Positions 21,137 through 28,544 of a stretch of DNA of 64,000 nucleotides are shown piece by piece. How positions within the stretch are numbered: the first letter of the stretch is position 1; each line of letters starts with the position of its first letter. A model generated the notes under the pieces. The model was given only the letters and a program-made list of their open reading frames with translations. It ran no database searches and had not been told where the DNA came from. Both the position numbers and the translations under genes were made by a program. The stretch comes from a virus (Duplodnaviria > Caudoviricetes): the IMG/VR virus record IMGVR_UViG_3300014205_000172, positions 128,001 to 192,000 of that record. The stretch is one strand, 5' to 3'.

Positions 21137-22432
21137 TTAGGCGGTTGCTTTTTCAGCAGGTTTGGCTTTACCGTGTGCAGCTGCCGACTTGTTGACGTAG
21201 GTCAGGTTGGCGCGGATGATATCCAACACGGCAGGGACTGACTGCCCCAGGCCGTCGATGCCGATGCGCGCGAGGCTTTGGAAGACCTGACCCGTAACGC
21301 CCATCTTCTTCGCCATCTGGCGTACCAGCGGGCCATTGTTGGGATTGATCCCGACAGCAGCGCTATTAACACGCGTTAAGAGCCCGGTGCTCTTAAGGTG
21401 ACCCAGATTAGTTTTGTATTTGTCGAAGTCTTTCGCAGTTGCGGCTACTTCCTCCAGCAATGCAGCGGTGGCATTCAGCACCTCCAGCATTTTTGCTTTA
21501 GTCAGAGCGGGGCATTTGCTTTGCTTGTTTTCACCATCGATCTTGACGGAAGCTTTCGCCCCGATCAGTGGATTTTCGGCATTCGAACCCGGTGTGATTT
21601 CCAAAGAATGGAAAGAAGTAACTTTAACGTTTTTCCACTCAGGAAGTTTTTTAGCTTCCGCTTCCATCATGGCGGTGAAAGTAGCACCGGCGGTCGCGGG
21701 GTCCTTCAGTGATTTTTTAGACAATTCGTTGGTAAACAGGGTGCCGAAGTAGCCTTCCCATTTGGTGACAAATGCCTTGAAGCTAGTGCCGGTACCGGTG
21801 AGGGTTTCGCTAGCCGAGGTTGGGCTGCAGAACTTACCGTAGCCGCCGAGGGAAACATCACCCGTGGCTTCTTCGCCTTCCAGAGCCGATACTTTTTCTT
21901 TCAGCTTGGCGGTAAGCTTGGACAGCGATTCGGTGGAGTTGCGCATCTTATCGACCAGACCGCTAACGAAATCAACCAACTGACCGAAGATCTTTTGAAT
22001 CCATTCCCAGATACGGCTAACCACGCCGTTCTTTTTCTCTTCGGCTTCAGTCGAATACTGAGTCGGAGTGGCGCAGGCTTCCATAGATGGGAGGATAGTG
22101 GAGAAACCACCAGGGTGGCCCATCACGCGCAGGATGGCTTCAACCGATACCTCCAATTGTTTAGCGGCATCTTCCGGAATGCCGGTTTCGCCGTAGATAT
22201 CTACGGTGTTATCGACCAAGTCCGACAGGCTACCGACACCTGTGGTGCTGCTGACGATGTCATCGGAGGCGGTAGTGATCTGGGTGGATACCTCGGACAC
22301 TTCGTCAATAGCGGTGTTGCTTTCATCAACCAGATCGACGATGTCACTTTCCAGGCTGAGCAACGATGCGGCAGCCGCAGCTTTGTTGTGGTTAGCTGAA
22401 CGGCGGCCAAGTTGGGCGGTAAGAGTGGTCAT
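21137..22432 (-). CDS. Internal head protein paralogue
   Basis: SLES and SMEA sites; YSTEAEEKK-VVSRIWE; MTT..LGRR start shared with the downstream paralogue. Confidence 0.8.
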   Translation of the reverse strand: MTTLTAQLGRRSANHNKAAAAASLLSLESDIVDLVDESNTAIDEVSEVSTQITTASDDIVSSTTGVGSLSDLVDNTVDIYGETGIPEDAAKQLEVSVEAILRVMGHPGGFSTILPSMEACATPTQYSTEAEEKKNGVVSRIWEWIQKIFGQLVDFVSGLVDKMRNSTESLSKLTAKLKEKVSALEGEEATGDVSLGGYGKFCSPTSASETLTGTGTSFKAFVTKWEGYFGTLFTNELSKKSLKDPATAGATFTAMMEAEAKKLPEWKNVKVTSFHSLEITPGSNAENPLIGAKASVKIDGENKQSKCPALTKAKMLEVLNATAALLEEVAATAKDFDKYKTNLGHLKSTGLLTRVNSAAVGINPNNGPLVRQMAKKMGVTGQVFQSLARIGIDGLGQSVPAVLDIIRANLTYVNKSAAAHGKAKPAEKATA

Positions 22433-22553
22433 GCTTGTTCCCCTAGAGCGGTTGAGATATGTTCGGTCGTTATTCGTTTAATAGTACGTAGTCATTAATC
22501 ACCAAGACAACTAGCTGTATGACCACCACATAAGATCGAAGGATACAGTCACC

Positions 22554-22946
22554 ATGTCAGATGCATCGCTTGCTAATTTGGTGTACGACATTCCTTTAAG
22601 TAATCTATCGTCTGAACCAGATAGCTACATTCTAGATGATATTGGCTTTGCTGTAACGGAGTATGGGAACCTCCAACCCCTATGTATCCTTTATAGTGAA
22701 TCGAACGATCCGGACCCCTCCCGCGTCATTTACCTTGCTAATACAGATGTGTTGTTTAAAAAGAACCTGTTGCTGGGAGATGTAGTCGACAATGACTTAA
22801 ACCTTATTTATAGACCCACCAATGTGTCGCCTGTGATCATTCCAACGCTGTGCCCGCAATGCGGTGAACCATTGGACATTAACCACAGTCGTAAGTTACT
22901 GATCAAATGTGTTCCCTGTAGCGTATCCAAATACCACCAGCCGTAA
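22554..22946 (+). CDS. Protein with C-terminal C4 zinc finger
   Basis: CPQC-x15-CVPC; AAGGA SD. Confidence 0.65.
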   Translation: MSDASLANLVYDIPLSNLSSEPDSYILDDIGFAVTEYGNLQPLCILYSESNDPDPSRVIYLANTDVLFKKNLLLGDVVDNDLNLIYRPTNVSPVIIPTLCPQCGEPLDINHSRKLLIKCVPCSVSKYHQP

Positions 22947-22959
22947 TGGCTGGTGTTAT
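22931..22959 (+). terminator. Hairpin ending in TATG
   Basis: CACCAGCC-GTAAT-GGCTGGTG then TTATG. Confidence 0.55.
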
Positions 22960-22985
22960 GCCGTTAGTATTCGATTTAAAAAATC

Positions 22986-23001
22986 TACAGTCACACATGA
23001 C
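22986..23001 (+). promoter_or_regulatory. Putative phage early promoter
   Basis: TACAGTCA-CACATGAC. Confidence 0.5.
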
Positions 23002-23043
23002 TGAATCGAACACCACCACTAATGTCCTAAGGAGGACTGTAAC

Positions 23044-23424
23044 ATGATCACTATCACTAACCTGAAAACCATGCTGGCCGAAACCATGACTAAAGGCGCT
23101 GACGACATTGTCGTTCATGTCGACACCTTGAAGCAAATCAAGGCCATGCGCGATAAGCTCGTGGAGATGTCTGGCTACGATGAGAATAACCTCACCGAGG
23201 CTGACTTGATTCTCATGCACGACATCCTGCAGTTCTTCAAACCTGAGTACATGACCCAGGGCACCACGATCGAAGACTGGCACCTGATGCCAGCGCCGCA
23301 AGAGACCTTCGATGCCTGTCTGGAAGATATGGAAAGTAAACGCGGCATCATTAGCGATAATATCTTCTTTCCGGCGATCTTGATCTCTAACTACGTCCTG
23401 GAAAAAGAAACTTTCGCAATTTAA
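23044..23424 (+). CDS. Hypothetical acidic protein
   Basis: Strong TAAGGAGG SD; high-expression codon bias. Confidence 0.85.
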   Translation: MITITNLKTMLAETMTKGADDIVVHVDTLKQIKAMRDKLVEMSGYDENNLTEADLILMHDILQFFKPEYMTQGTTIEDWHLMPAPQETFDACLEDMESKRGIISDNIFFPAILISNYVLEKETFAI

Positions 23425-23450
23425 CGATATATCCGTAGGAGGATAACACC

Positions 23451-23573
23451 ATGAGGAACTTAATGTTTCTTGCACTCGGGCTGTGTCTGGGCGTATACAT
23501 CAGCCGCCTCAAGTCTGCACAGATTGACGCACTTCGTGCGGCGCAACAAGCTTCTAAGTCACCGCTTGACTGA
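23451..23573 (+). CDS. 40-aa membrane micropeptide (not in ORF track)
   Basis: AGGAGG SD; MRNLMFLALGLCLGVYISRLKSAQIDALRAAQQASKSPLD. Confidence 0.75.
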   Translation: MRNLMFLALGLCLGVYISRLKSAQIDALRAAQQASKSPLD

Positions 23574-23623
23574 CCAATAACAACGAGGGGCATTAGCCCC
23601 TCACATCCACAGGGAGTATCGAC

Positions 23624-24106
23624 ATGTTTACAGTTAACCCGAAGTACGTTGCTAAGCTTAAGGCTGAGTTTACAAAGCTGGACCCAGCGCTTTTCGACAA
23701 AGGCATGTGGCAACTGTGCAGAGCCATCAATTCCATTCCGGATGTGGCTACTTCGTATTGCTGTGCAGGGCATGTCGATACTACCGAGTCCGGTAAAGAC
23801 TTGATGTATCTGTCTGTCCACGCCGGCACAGAAGCTGCTGAACGCATCATTGCCAGTGTTTACGACTGGTGGTGCAAGTTCCTGGGTACCCAAGTTCTAA
23901 CGAACGAAGGGATGCAGGCTATACACCAGACGACTTGCTTGACGATCACTCGTCAAGAAAACAAGTACGAGGAAGGTGAGGTGGTTTACACCTACATCCT
24001 TGAAGCACAAGTTGACAGCGAAGTCAACACATCCGAACGCAACATCAACGCACTGGCCAAATCGCTTGAGCGCCTTGGTTTTCTTAACAGCCGTAAAATG
24101 GCATAA
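23624..24106 (+). CDS. Hypothetical protein with TSYCCAGH motif
   Basis: GGGAG SD; 160 aa. Confidence 0.75.
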   Translation: MFTVNPKYVAKLKAEFTKLDPALFDKGMWQLCRAINSIPDVATSYCCAGHVDTTESGKDLMYLSVHAGTEAAERIIASVYDWWCKFLGTQVLTNEGMQAIHQTTCLTITRQENKYEEGEVVYTYILEAQVDSEVNTSERNINALAKSLERLGFLNSRKMA

Positions 24107-24117
24107 AGGAGATACAC

Positions 24118-24246
24118 ATGAAACAATTCAAAATGCTGGCACTCGGTTTGGTAATGGGCGTTGTTGGCGCAGTCGGTATCGGCAGCGGTGTGTTTGACGA
24201 AGCAGGTCAGGCACAAGCCGCACACGCGGCATTCGCTCAGCAGTAA
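24118..24246 (+). CDS. 42-aa membrane micropeptide (not in ORF track)
   Basis: AAGGAG SD; MKQFKMLALGLVMGVVGAVGIGSGVFDEAGQAQAAHAAFAQQ. Confidence 0.75.
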   Translation: MKQFKMLALGLVMGVVGAVGIGSGVFDEAGQAQAAHAAFAQQ

Positions 24247-24266
24247 GAAATTCGATTGAAATAAGT

Positions 24267-24282
24267 TTCACTGATACATTAC
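24267..24282 (+). promoter_or_regulatory. Putative phage early promoter
   Basis: TTCACTGA-TACATTAC. Confidence 0.6.
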
Positions 24283-24327
24283 GAACGTAGATGTGATCCA
24301 TCTTTTGGTTTACCTAGGAGCATTATC

Positions 24328-24450
24328 ATGTTGAATGTAATTGGCCGTATCGCAGTATCCGTCACCGTACTCGTTGTAACCTTCGTCATCCTCGATCAGG
24401 TTCGTGAACGCGACTTGGTTAACAAAGCTATCGATAAGCTGAACAAGTAA
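24328..24450 (+). CDS. 40-aa membrane micropeptide (not in ORF track)
   Basis: TAGGAG SD; MLNVIGRIAVSVTVLVVTFVILDQVRERDLVNKAIDKLNK. Confidence 0.75.
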   Translation: MLNVIGRIAVSVTVLVVTFVILDQVRERDLVNKAIDKLNK

Positions 24451-24510
24451 TACCCGGTAATACCCAAACCCTTTCGATTTAATGTATACACGTCCTTAGG
24501 AGGACACTCC

Positions 24511-24867
24511 ATGTTTGACACTATCCTGTTCACACTCACCCTCGTTATGCTTCTGATCATCCTGGTATCCGGCTGGGCTATGTTCAAGTTCGGCACTCGG
24601 CCAGCTCAAGTAATTCAAGACGTCTGCAGTTTGATGACGTACAGCCTCGGCAGCAACAACAAACAAACTCTGGCCTGTAACGTCGCCCTCGCCGTAACGT
24701 TGGTAGCCTTCAACTTTGCCTGGCCTGTGCCAATGTACACCACGCTGATTGTATCGACCTGGGCAGTCTGCTGGGTCGTTCAACTGATCGTTCGTATGAC
24801 CACTGGCGAAGAGTTCGGTAACATGAACGAGTTCGGCTTCAAGATGGTAAAGGTCATCTGGAAGTAA
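24511..24867 (+). CDS. Multi-pass membrane protein
   Basis: AGGAGG SD; about 3 hydrophobic segments. Confidence 0.8.
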   Translation: MFDTILFTLTLVMLLIILVSGWAMFKFGTRPAQVIQDVCSLMTYSLGSNNKQTLACNVALAVTLVAFNFAWPVPMYTTLIVSTWAVCWVVQLIVRMTTGEEFGNMNEFGFKMVKVIWK

Positions 24868-24868
24868 A

Positions 24869-24913
24869 ATGTATGGGGTCTTCGGACCCCTACATCCCCT
24901 CTTCTTTTTTTTT
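24869..24913 (+). terminator. Intrinsic terminator
   Basis: GGGGTC-TTCG-GACCCC followed by long T tract. Confidence 0.8.
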
Positions 24914-24929
24914 GTTTAAGGACAGCGAT

Positions 24930-25925
24930 ATGCCCAGTTCCAGCATTAAGCAATATAAGCTCATGATGTTTGCCGCTATGAATGCGGACTTTGCAAAGAA
25001 GAAGGGGATCGATCAGAAGGTCGCTAAAGAATGGCACGAAGCTGACGAGAAAAAGAAGAAGGAAGATCCACAGTGGTTTTACCACCTGCCTGATAAATTT
25101 GAAAAGAAGAAGAAAGAACATACTGAATCTATGGAAAGCTTGAGTTCCTTCTTCGGTAAGTTCTTTGGGTCCGGTGCGTCAATCAAAGGCACGCCCCAGC
25201 AAGTCGAACTCAACTACGTCAAGAAGCTGTTTAAGGATGCACACCTTCTGGATGAGATCGTATTAAAGGAAGGTAAGATCGATACCCCGAACATTAACCA
25301 CCATTTGCTGCTGCGTCATTTTAATGAACGCACTTGGTTGAGCGATCTTGAAAACGGTGTTTCGCAAATCACCAACTACGCGCAGCAGTTCTTTAAAGCA
25401 CGCGCGAGTTACGCGGGTGAAATGCACACGATCTACAAGAAATGCGAAACACTGGAGCCAAAGGCCGCGCTCGATTACGCCGTCAAAGCTACGGCCACGG
25501 CTAAGCGTAAACTGGATGCAATCTCGCCGCCTAAATTCATCTTGGCTATCGACACAACCAAACTCGAACATGGGTATAGGTTTGTAGTCGGTGACTTGGG
25601 TCAGAGCCCGCATTACATGAATGCACTCACTAAAGGCCAAGTTAAAAAAGTCCTTTCTTTACTCCCCCATCTGTTTCGTGTGGATAGCGATACTTTTACA
25701 GATGATGAAGATGACGATTTGTTGTGGACGTTAGACGACACGGATGAAACCAAATGGTGGTCGAACAAATACCCGGATGATGATCACGTCTGGGGAGAAA
25801 TGCTGAACCTCTTCCCATGTGCTGGTGATTTCTACGAGTACGAATACGAAGATGAGCTCAACGGCATCGTGGCCAAGATCCGTAATGGCTGCGAAGAACT
25901 GATTAACAAATCGGTAAAGATGTAG
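24930..25925 (+). CDS. Probable capsid-internal (protease-processed) protein
   Basis: AAGGA SD before ATG 24930; basic N-domain (MPSSSIKQ..FAKKKGI), then ESMES site and LSSFFGKFFG helix. Confidence 0.65.
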   Translation: MPSSSIKQYKLMMFAAMNADFAKKKGIDQKVAKEWHEADEKKKKEDPQWFYHLPDKFEKKKKEHTESMESLSSFFGKFFGSGASIKGTPQQVELNYVKKLFKDAHLLDEIVLKEGKIDTPNINHHLLLRHFNERTWLSDLENGVSQITNYAQQFFKARASYAGEMHTIYKKCETLEPKAALDYAVKATATAKRKLDAISPPKFILAIDTTKLEHGYRFVVGDLGQSPHYMNALTKGQVKKVLSLLPHLFRVDSDTFTDDEDDDLLWTLDDTDETKWWSNKYPDDDHVWGEMLNLFPCAGDFYEYEYEDELNGIVAKIRNGCEELINKSVKM

Positions 25926-26023
25926 GGTCCTACGCTAAGGAAAGTAAAGGACCCTACAAAGAAGGAAACGATAGTACGTTCAACCACCAAGGAAAGGTTT
26001 ATAGAGTTGATGATTTACTCTAC

Positions 26024-26281
26024 ATGACAGCCAGAGCTAAAGCGCACCCATTTGAATTATCAAAACTCAAATGGATGCTAACAGGTGAAAAGATAGATCA
26101 GGCGCGTGTCGACCGAGCTGATAAGTCTATTCCTGTTATTGTCACAGAGTACGAACCAGGTAAGTTTGTCACGATGGATGGTTTTCATAGGGTGGTGAAG
26201 GCGATTCAGGCTGGGGATAAAACCATACCTGCTGTCGTTGTGTCTAAAGCGATGGTCTCGCAGCTACCCGAAGTCAAATAA
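26024..26281 (+). CDS. ParB/Srx N-terminal-like domain (frame open from 25907; possibly a frameshift extension of the upstream gene)
   Basis: PVIV...MDGFHRVVKA motif; no clear SD at 26024. Confidence 0.65.
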   Translation: MTARAKAHPFELSKLKWMLTGEKIDQARVDRADKSIPVIVTEYEPGKFVTMDGFHRVVKAIQAGDKTIPAVVVSKAMVSQLPEVK

Positions 26282-26284
26282 ACA

Positions 26285-26319
26285 CATAGAGCCAGCTCCG
26301 CAATGGAGCTGGCTCTATG
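26285..26319. terminator. CATA-hairpin-TATG element
   Basis: CATAGAGCCAGCTCC-GCAAT-GGAGCTGGCTCTATG. Confidence 0.8.
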
Positions 26320-26332
26320 CTGTCAAGTGTTG

Positions 26333-26348
26333 TACAGTAATACATTAT
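26333..26348 (+). promoter_or_regulatory. Putative phage early promoter
   Basis: TACAGTAA-TACATTAT. Confidence 0.6.
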
Positions 26349-26384
26349 CCAACTGACTTATATCCCACTACAAGGAACTCTGCA

Positions 26385-26792
26385 ATGCGTCCAAATCACA
26401 AAGCTATCTATTCTTCCCGCACTGCTGACAAGTTTGTACTGCGCCTCCCTGATGGCATGCGCGAAGTAGTTGCCGAAGCCGCCCGTGCGAATCATCGGAG
26501 CATGAACTCTGAATTGATTTCTCGGATTGAAACAAGCCTCATGGAAGATGAGAAGAAAAACAACCCGGCCATTCACATTGATACAGGTTCCGGCGTGACC
26601 ATGCCTGTAGTCGATGCCTGGACTCCGCGCATTGGCATGCTGATCTGCTTTCGCCTGGACATTAAGAAGGTAGGTAACATCCTGGACTTTGAGACGGCCG
26701 ATGACGGCACCATCTGGGCTGACTTGGATCTGCTTGACGGTAATCAAGTAAGCGCTCCGATCAGTCATCTCCAACCTTTCGTTTGCACGTAA
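26385..26792 (+). CDS. amrZ: Arc-family ribbon-helix-helix regulator, AmrZ (AlgZ) homologue with a different C-terminal domain
   Basis: MRP..YSSRTADKFVLRLPDGMRE..A..AR..HRSMNSE closely matches the Pseudomonas AmrZ N-domain; AAGGA SD. Confidence 0.88.
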   Translation: MRPNHKAIYSSRTADKFVLRLPDGMREVVAEAARANHRSMNSELISRIETSLMEDEKKNNPAIHIDTGSGVTMPVVDAWTPRIGMLICFRLDIKKVGNILDFETADDGTIWADLDLLDGNQVSAPISHLQPFVCT

Positions 26793-26854
26793 TTGTAACT
26801 TGTTAATAACACTGCCGATCGTATAACCAAAATCTATCGGCAGGGGCAAGAAGC

Positions 26855-27523
26855 ATGCATAAAGGTCTGTTTGTAGCATTCGAGGGTATTGACGGTACCG
26901 GTAAAACTACTCAGCGGAACATGACCGCCGATCGCTATGAGAAGGGGACTATTGAGGTTACTCGCACACTTGAGCCAGGCGGTACTCAGCTGGCCATGCA
27001 GCTACGTGACATTATAAAGTACTACAAAGATGAAACCATCTCTACGGTGGCTGAGGCCATGTTGTTCTACACCGCCCGAGAACTTCATCTGACAAACGTT
27101 ATCCGCCCCCATTTGGCTGAGAATAAAATTGTTCTCTGTGACCGTTTTGCTGACTCCACAGAAGCTTATCAGATGGCCGGTGGTAAGCTGGATCAAGCGT
27201 TTCTTCAAGTACTTCGTAAAACTGTGGTTGGTGATACCGAGCCTGATTTGACGTTTGTGTTTGTGATGGACATCGATAAGGCGTTTGCCCGGGCTGGTGA
27301 ACGTGGTGAAAGCTGTCGGATGGAAGGAAAGGGCCGTGATTACTACATTGCCGCTCAGCAACACTTCGTGAAACTGGCACATCAACCTAACTCTCCGACC
27401 ACTTACGTCATCATCGATGCCGATCAGTCAATCGATGTCATCAATGAAAAGATCTGCGAAGAAGTGGCAAGAGCATGGGATCGTAAACATGGACCTTTGA
27501 TCAAACCACTGGTTCTCAATTAA
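26855..27523 (+). CDS. tmk: Thymidylate (dTMP) kinase
   Basis: FEGIDGTGKTT P-loop, EPGGT, LCDRFADSTEAYQ, PDLTF motifs. Confidence 0.95.
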   Translation: MHKGLFVAFEGIDGTGKTTQRNMTADRYEKGTIEVTRTLEPGGTQLAMQLRDIIKYYKDETISTVAEAMLFYTARELHLTNVIRPHLAENKIVLCDRFADSTEAYQMAGGKLDQAFLQVLRKTVVGDTEPDLTFVFVMDIDKAFARAGERGESCRMEGKGRDYYIAAQQHFVKLAHQPNSPTTYVIIDADQSIDVINEKICEEVARAWDRKHGPLIKPLVLN

Positions 27524-27557
27524 CTAACTTACTTAATAGACATTCTGGAGTCTTTTA

Positions 27558-28248
27558 ATGGCAAAGCCTGAAGTTACAATCGCAATCGACAAAGCCGAAG
27601 TGTTCTACCGCCTCCCGGCCAACGCCGAAGGTCTGATTGAAATGGATGTACGTCGGTTTCTTAAAGACGTATCTCGGTTTGGTTCGGTTCAGGAACGCGA
27701 GTTGCTGGAAAACGATCGTACCAAGCTGCACCCAATCAATTACAACGCGGTTGTTCGCGTAACACACATCGACGAAGAAGCCCAGCGTTTTGAGTTCCTC
27801 GTTTATCAGCGACCTAAAAAAGGGTAATGGCGAGTCCCGCCTGTCTGAAAACCATTCCATCGGTATCGGCGGACACCCAGATCGCGCTGATGTGGTTTAC
27901 AACAGCAATGACTCACTGAACCTATTCGCGACTGCTGTCGCTGGCGCTAAACGCGAGAATAGTGAAGAAGTAACTCTTTCTGAAACACCTTCGCAACTTC
28001 GTTTTCTCGGGTTGATTTATGATCCAAGTAACGATGTAGGCCGTTACCATCTTGGCCTGTTCGGCATCTTGTTCGTTAGTGCCGAATGCACAGCCACATC
28101 GAACGAAAATCAAATCCTCAATCCTCATTGGGTTGATGTCGATGCCATCTCTGACGCTGGTTATAACTTCGAAAGCTGGTCGGCCATCATCCTGGCCGGG
28201 TTGAAAGCGTCTGACCTTCGGAGTGGCGCTATCTCCGCACAAGTTTAA
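27558..28248 (+). pseudogene. Nudix-fold phosphoesterase (YmaB/COG4112-like) split by a +1 frameshift at 27816-27827
   Basis: N-half ends YQRPKKG*; C-half continues NGESRL..SIGIGGH..RE..EE..VGRYHLG..FESWS. Confidence 0.75.
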
Positions 28249-28253
28249 CAATA

Positions 28254-28280
28254 AAGCACGGGCTTCGGCTCGTGCTTTTT
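28254..28280 (+). terminator. Intrinsic terminator
   Basis: AAAGCACGGGC-TTCG-GCTCGTGCTTTTT. Confidence 0.85.
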
Positions 28281-28298
28281 GCCCTTTAAAGGATAGAC

Positions 28299-28544
28299 AT
28301 GCAACAGACTAAAGTTGCGTCATTAATAGAAACGGTGTTTGGCACGGCAGCTGGTCTGATCGTTGGCGTCCTTACACAGCTCGTGATATTTCCTTGGTAC
28401 GGCATCAACGTCCAGTTTCACGATAACCTTTCCATGGTAGTGATCTTTGCCGCCGTTGGCATGGTTCGGACATACGGCGTACGCCGACTCTTCAACGCAG
28501 CCCCTTGGCGCAAATTTAAGGAACGTAGAAATGCGAGCAATTGA
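28299..28544 (+). CDS. Small two-TM phage membrane protein
   Basis: SLIE..LVIFP.YG..RTYGVRRLFN pattern common in phages; AAGGA SD. Confidence 0.75.
   Translation: MQQTKVASLIETVFGTAAGLIVGVLTQLVIFPWYGINVQFHDNLSMVVIFAAVGMVRTYGVRRLFNAAPWRKFKERRNASN

Noticed and set aside
26238-26384. N-terminal extensions of track ORFs (also 24873, 28447, 34514, 50585, 61594, 63055)
   Set aside because: They run through terminators, promoters or upstream genes; downstream starts with good SDs were used instead.
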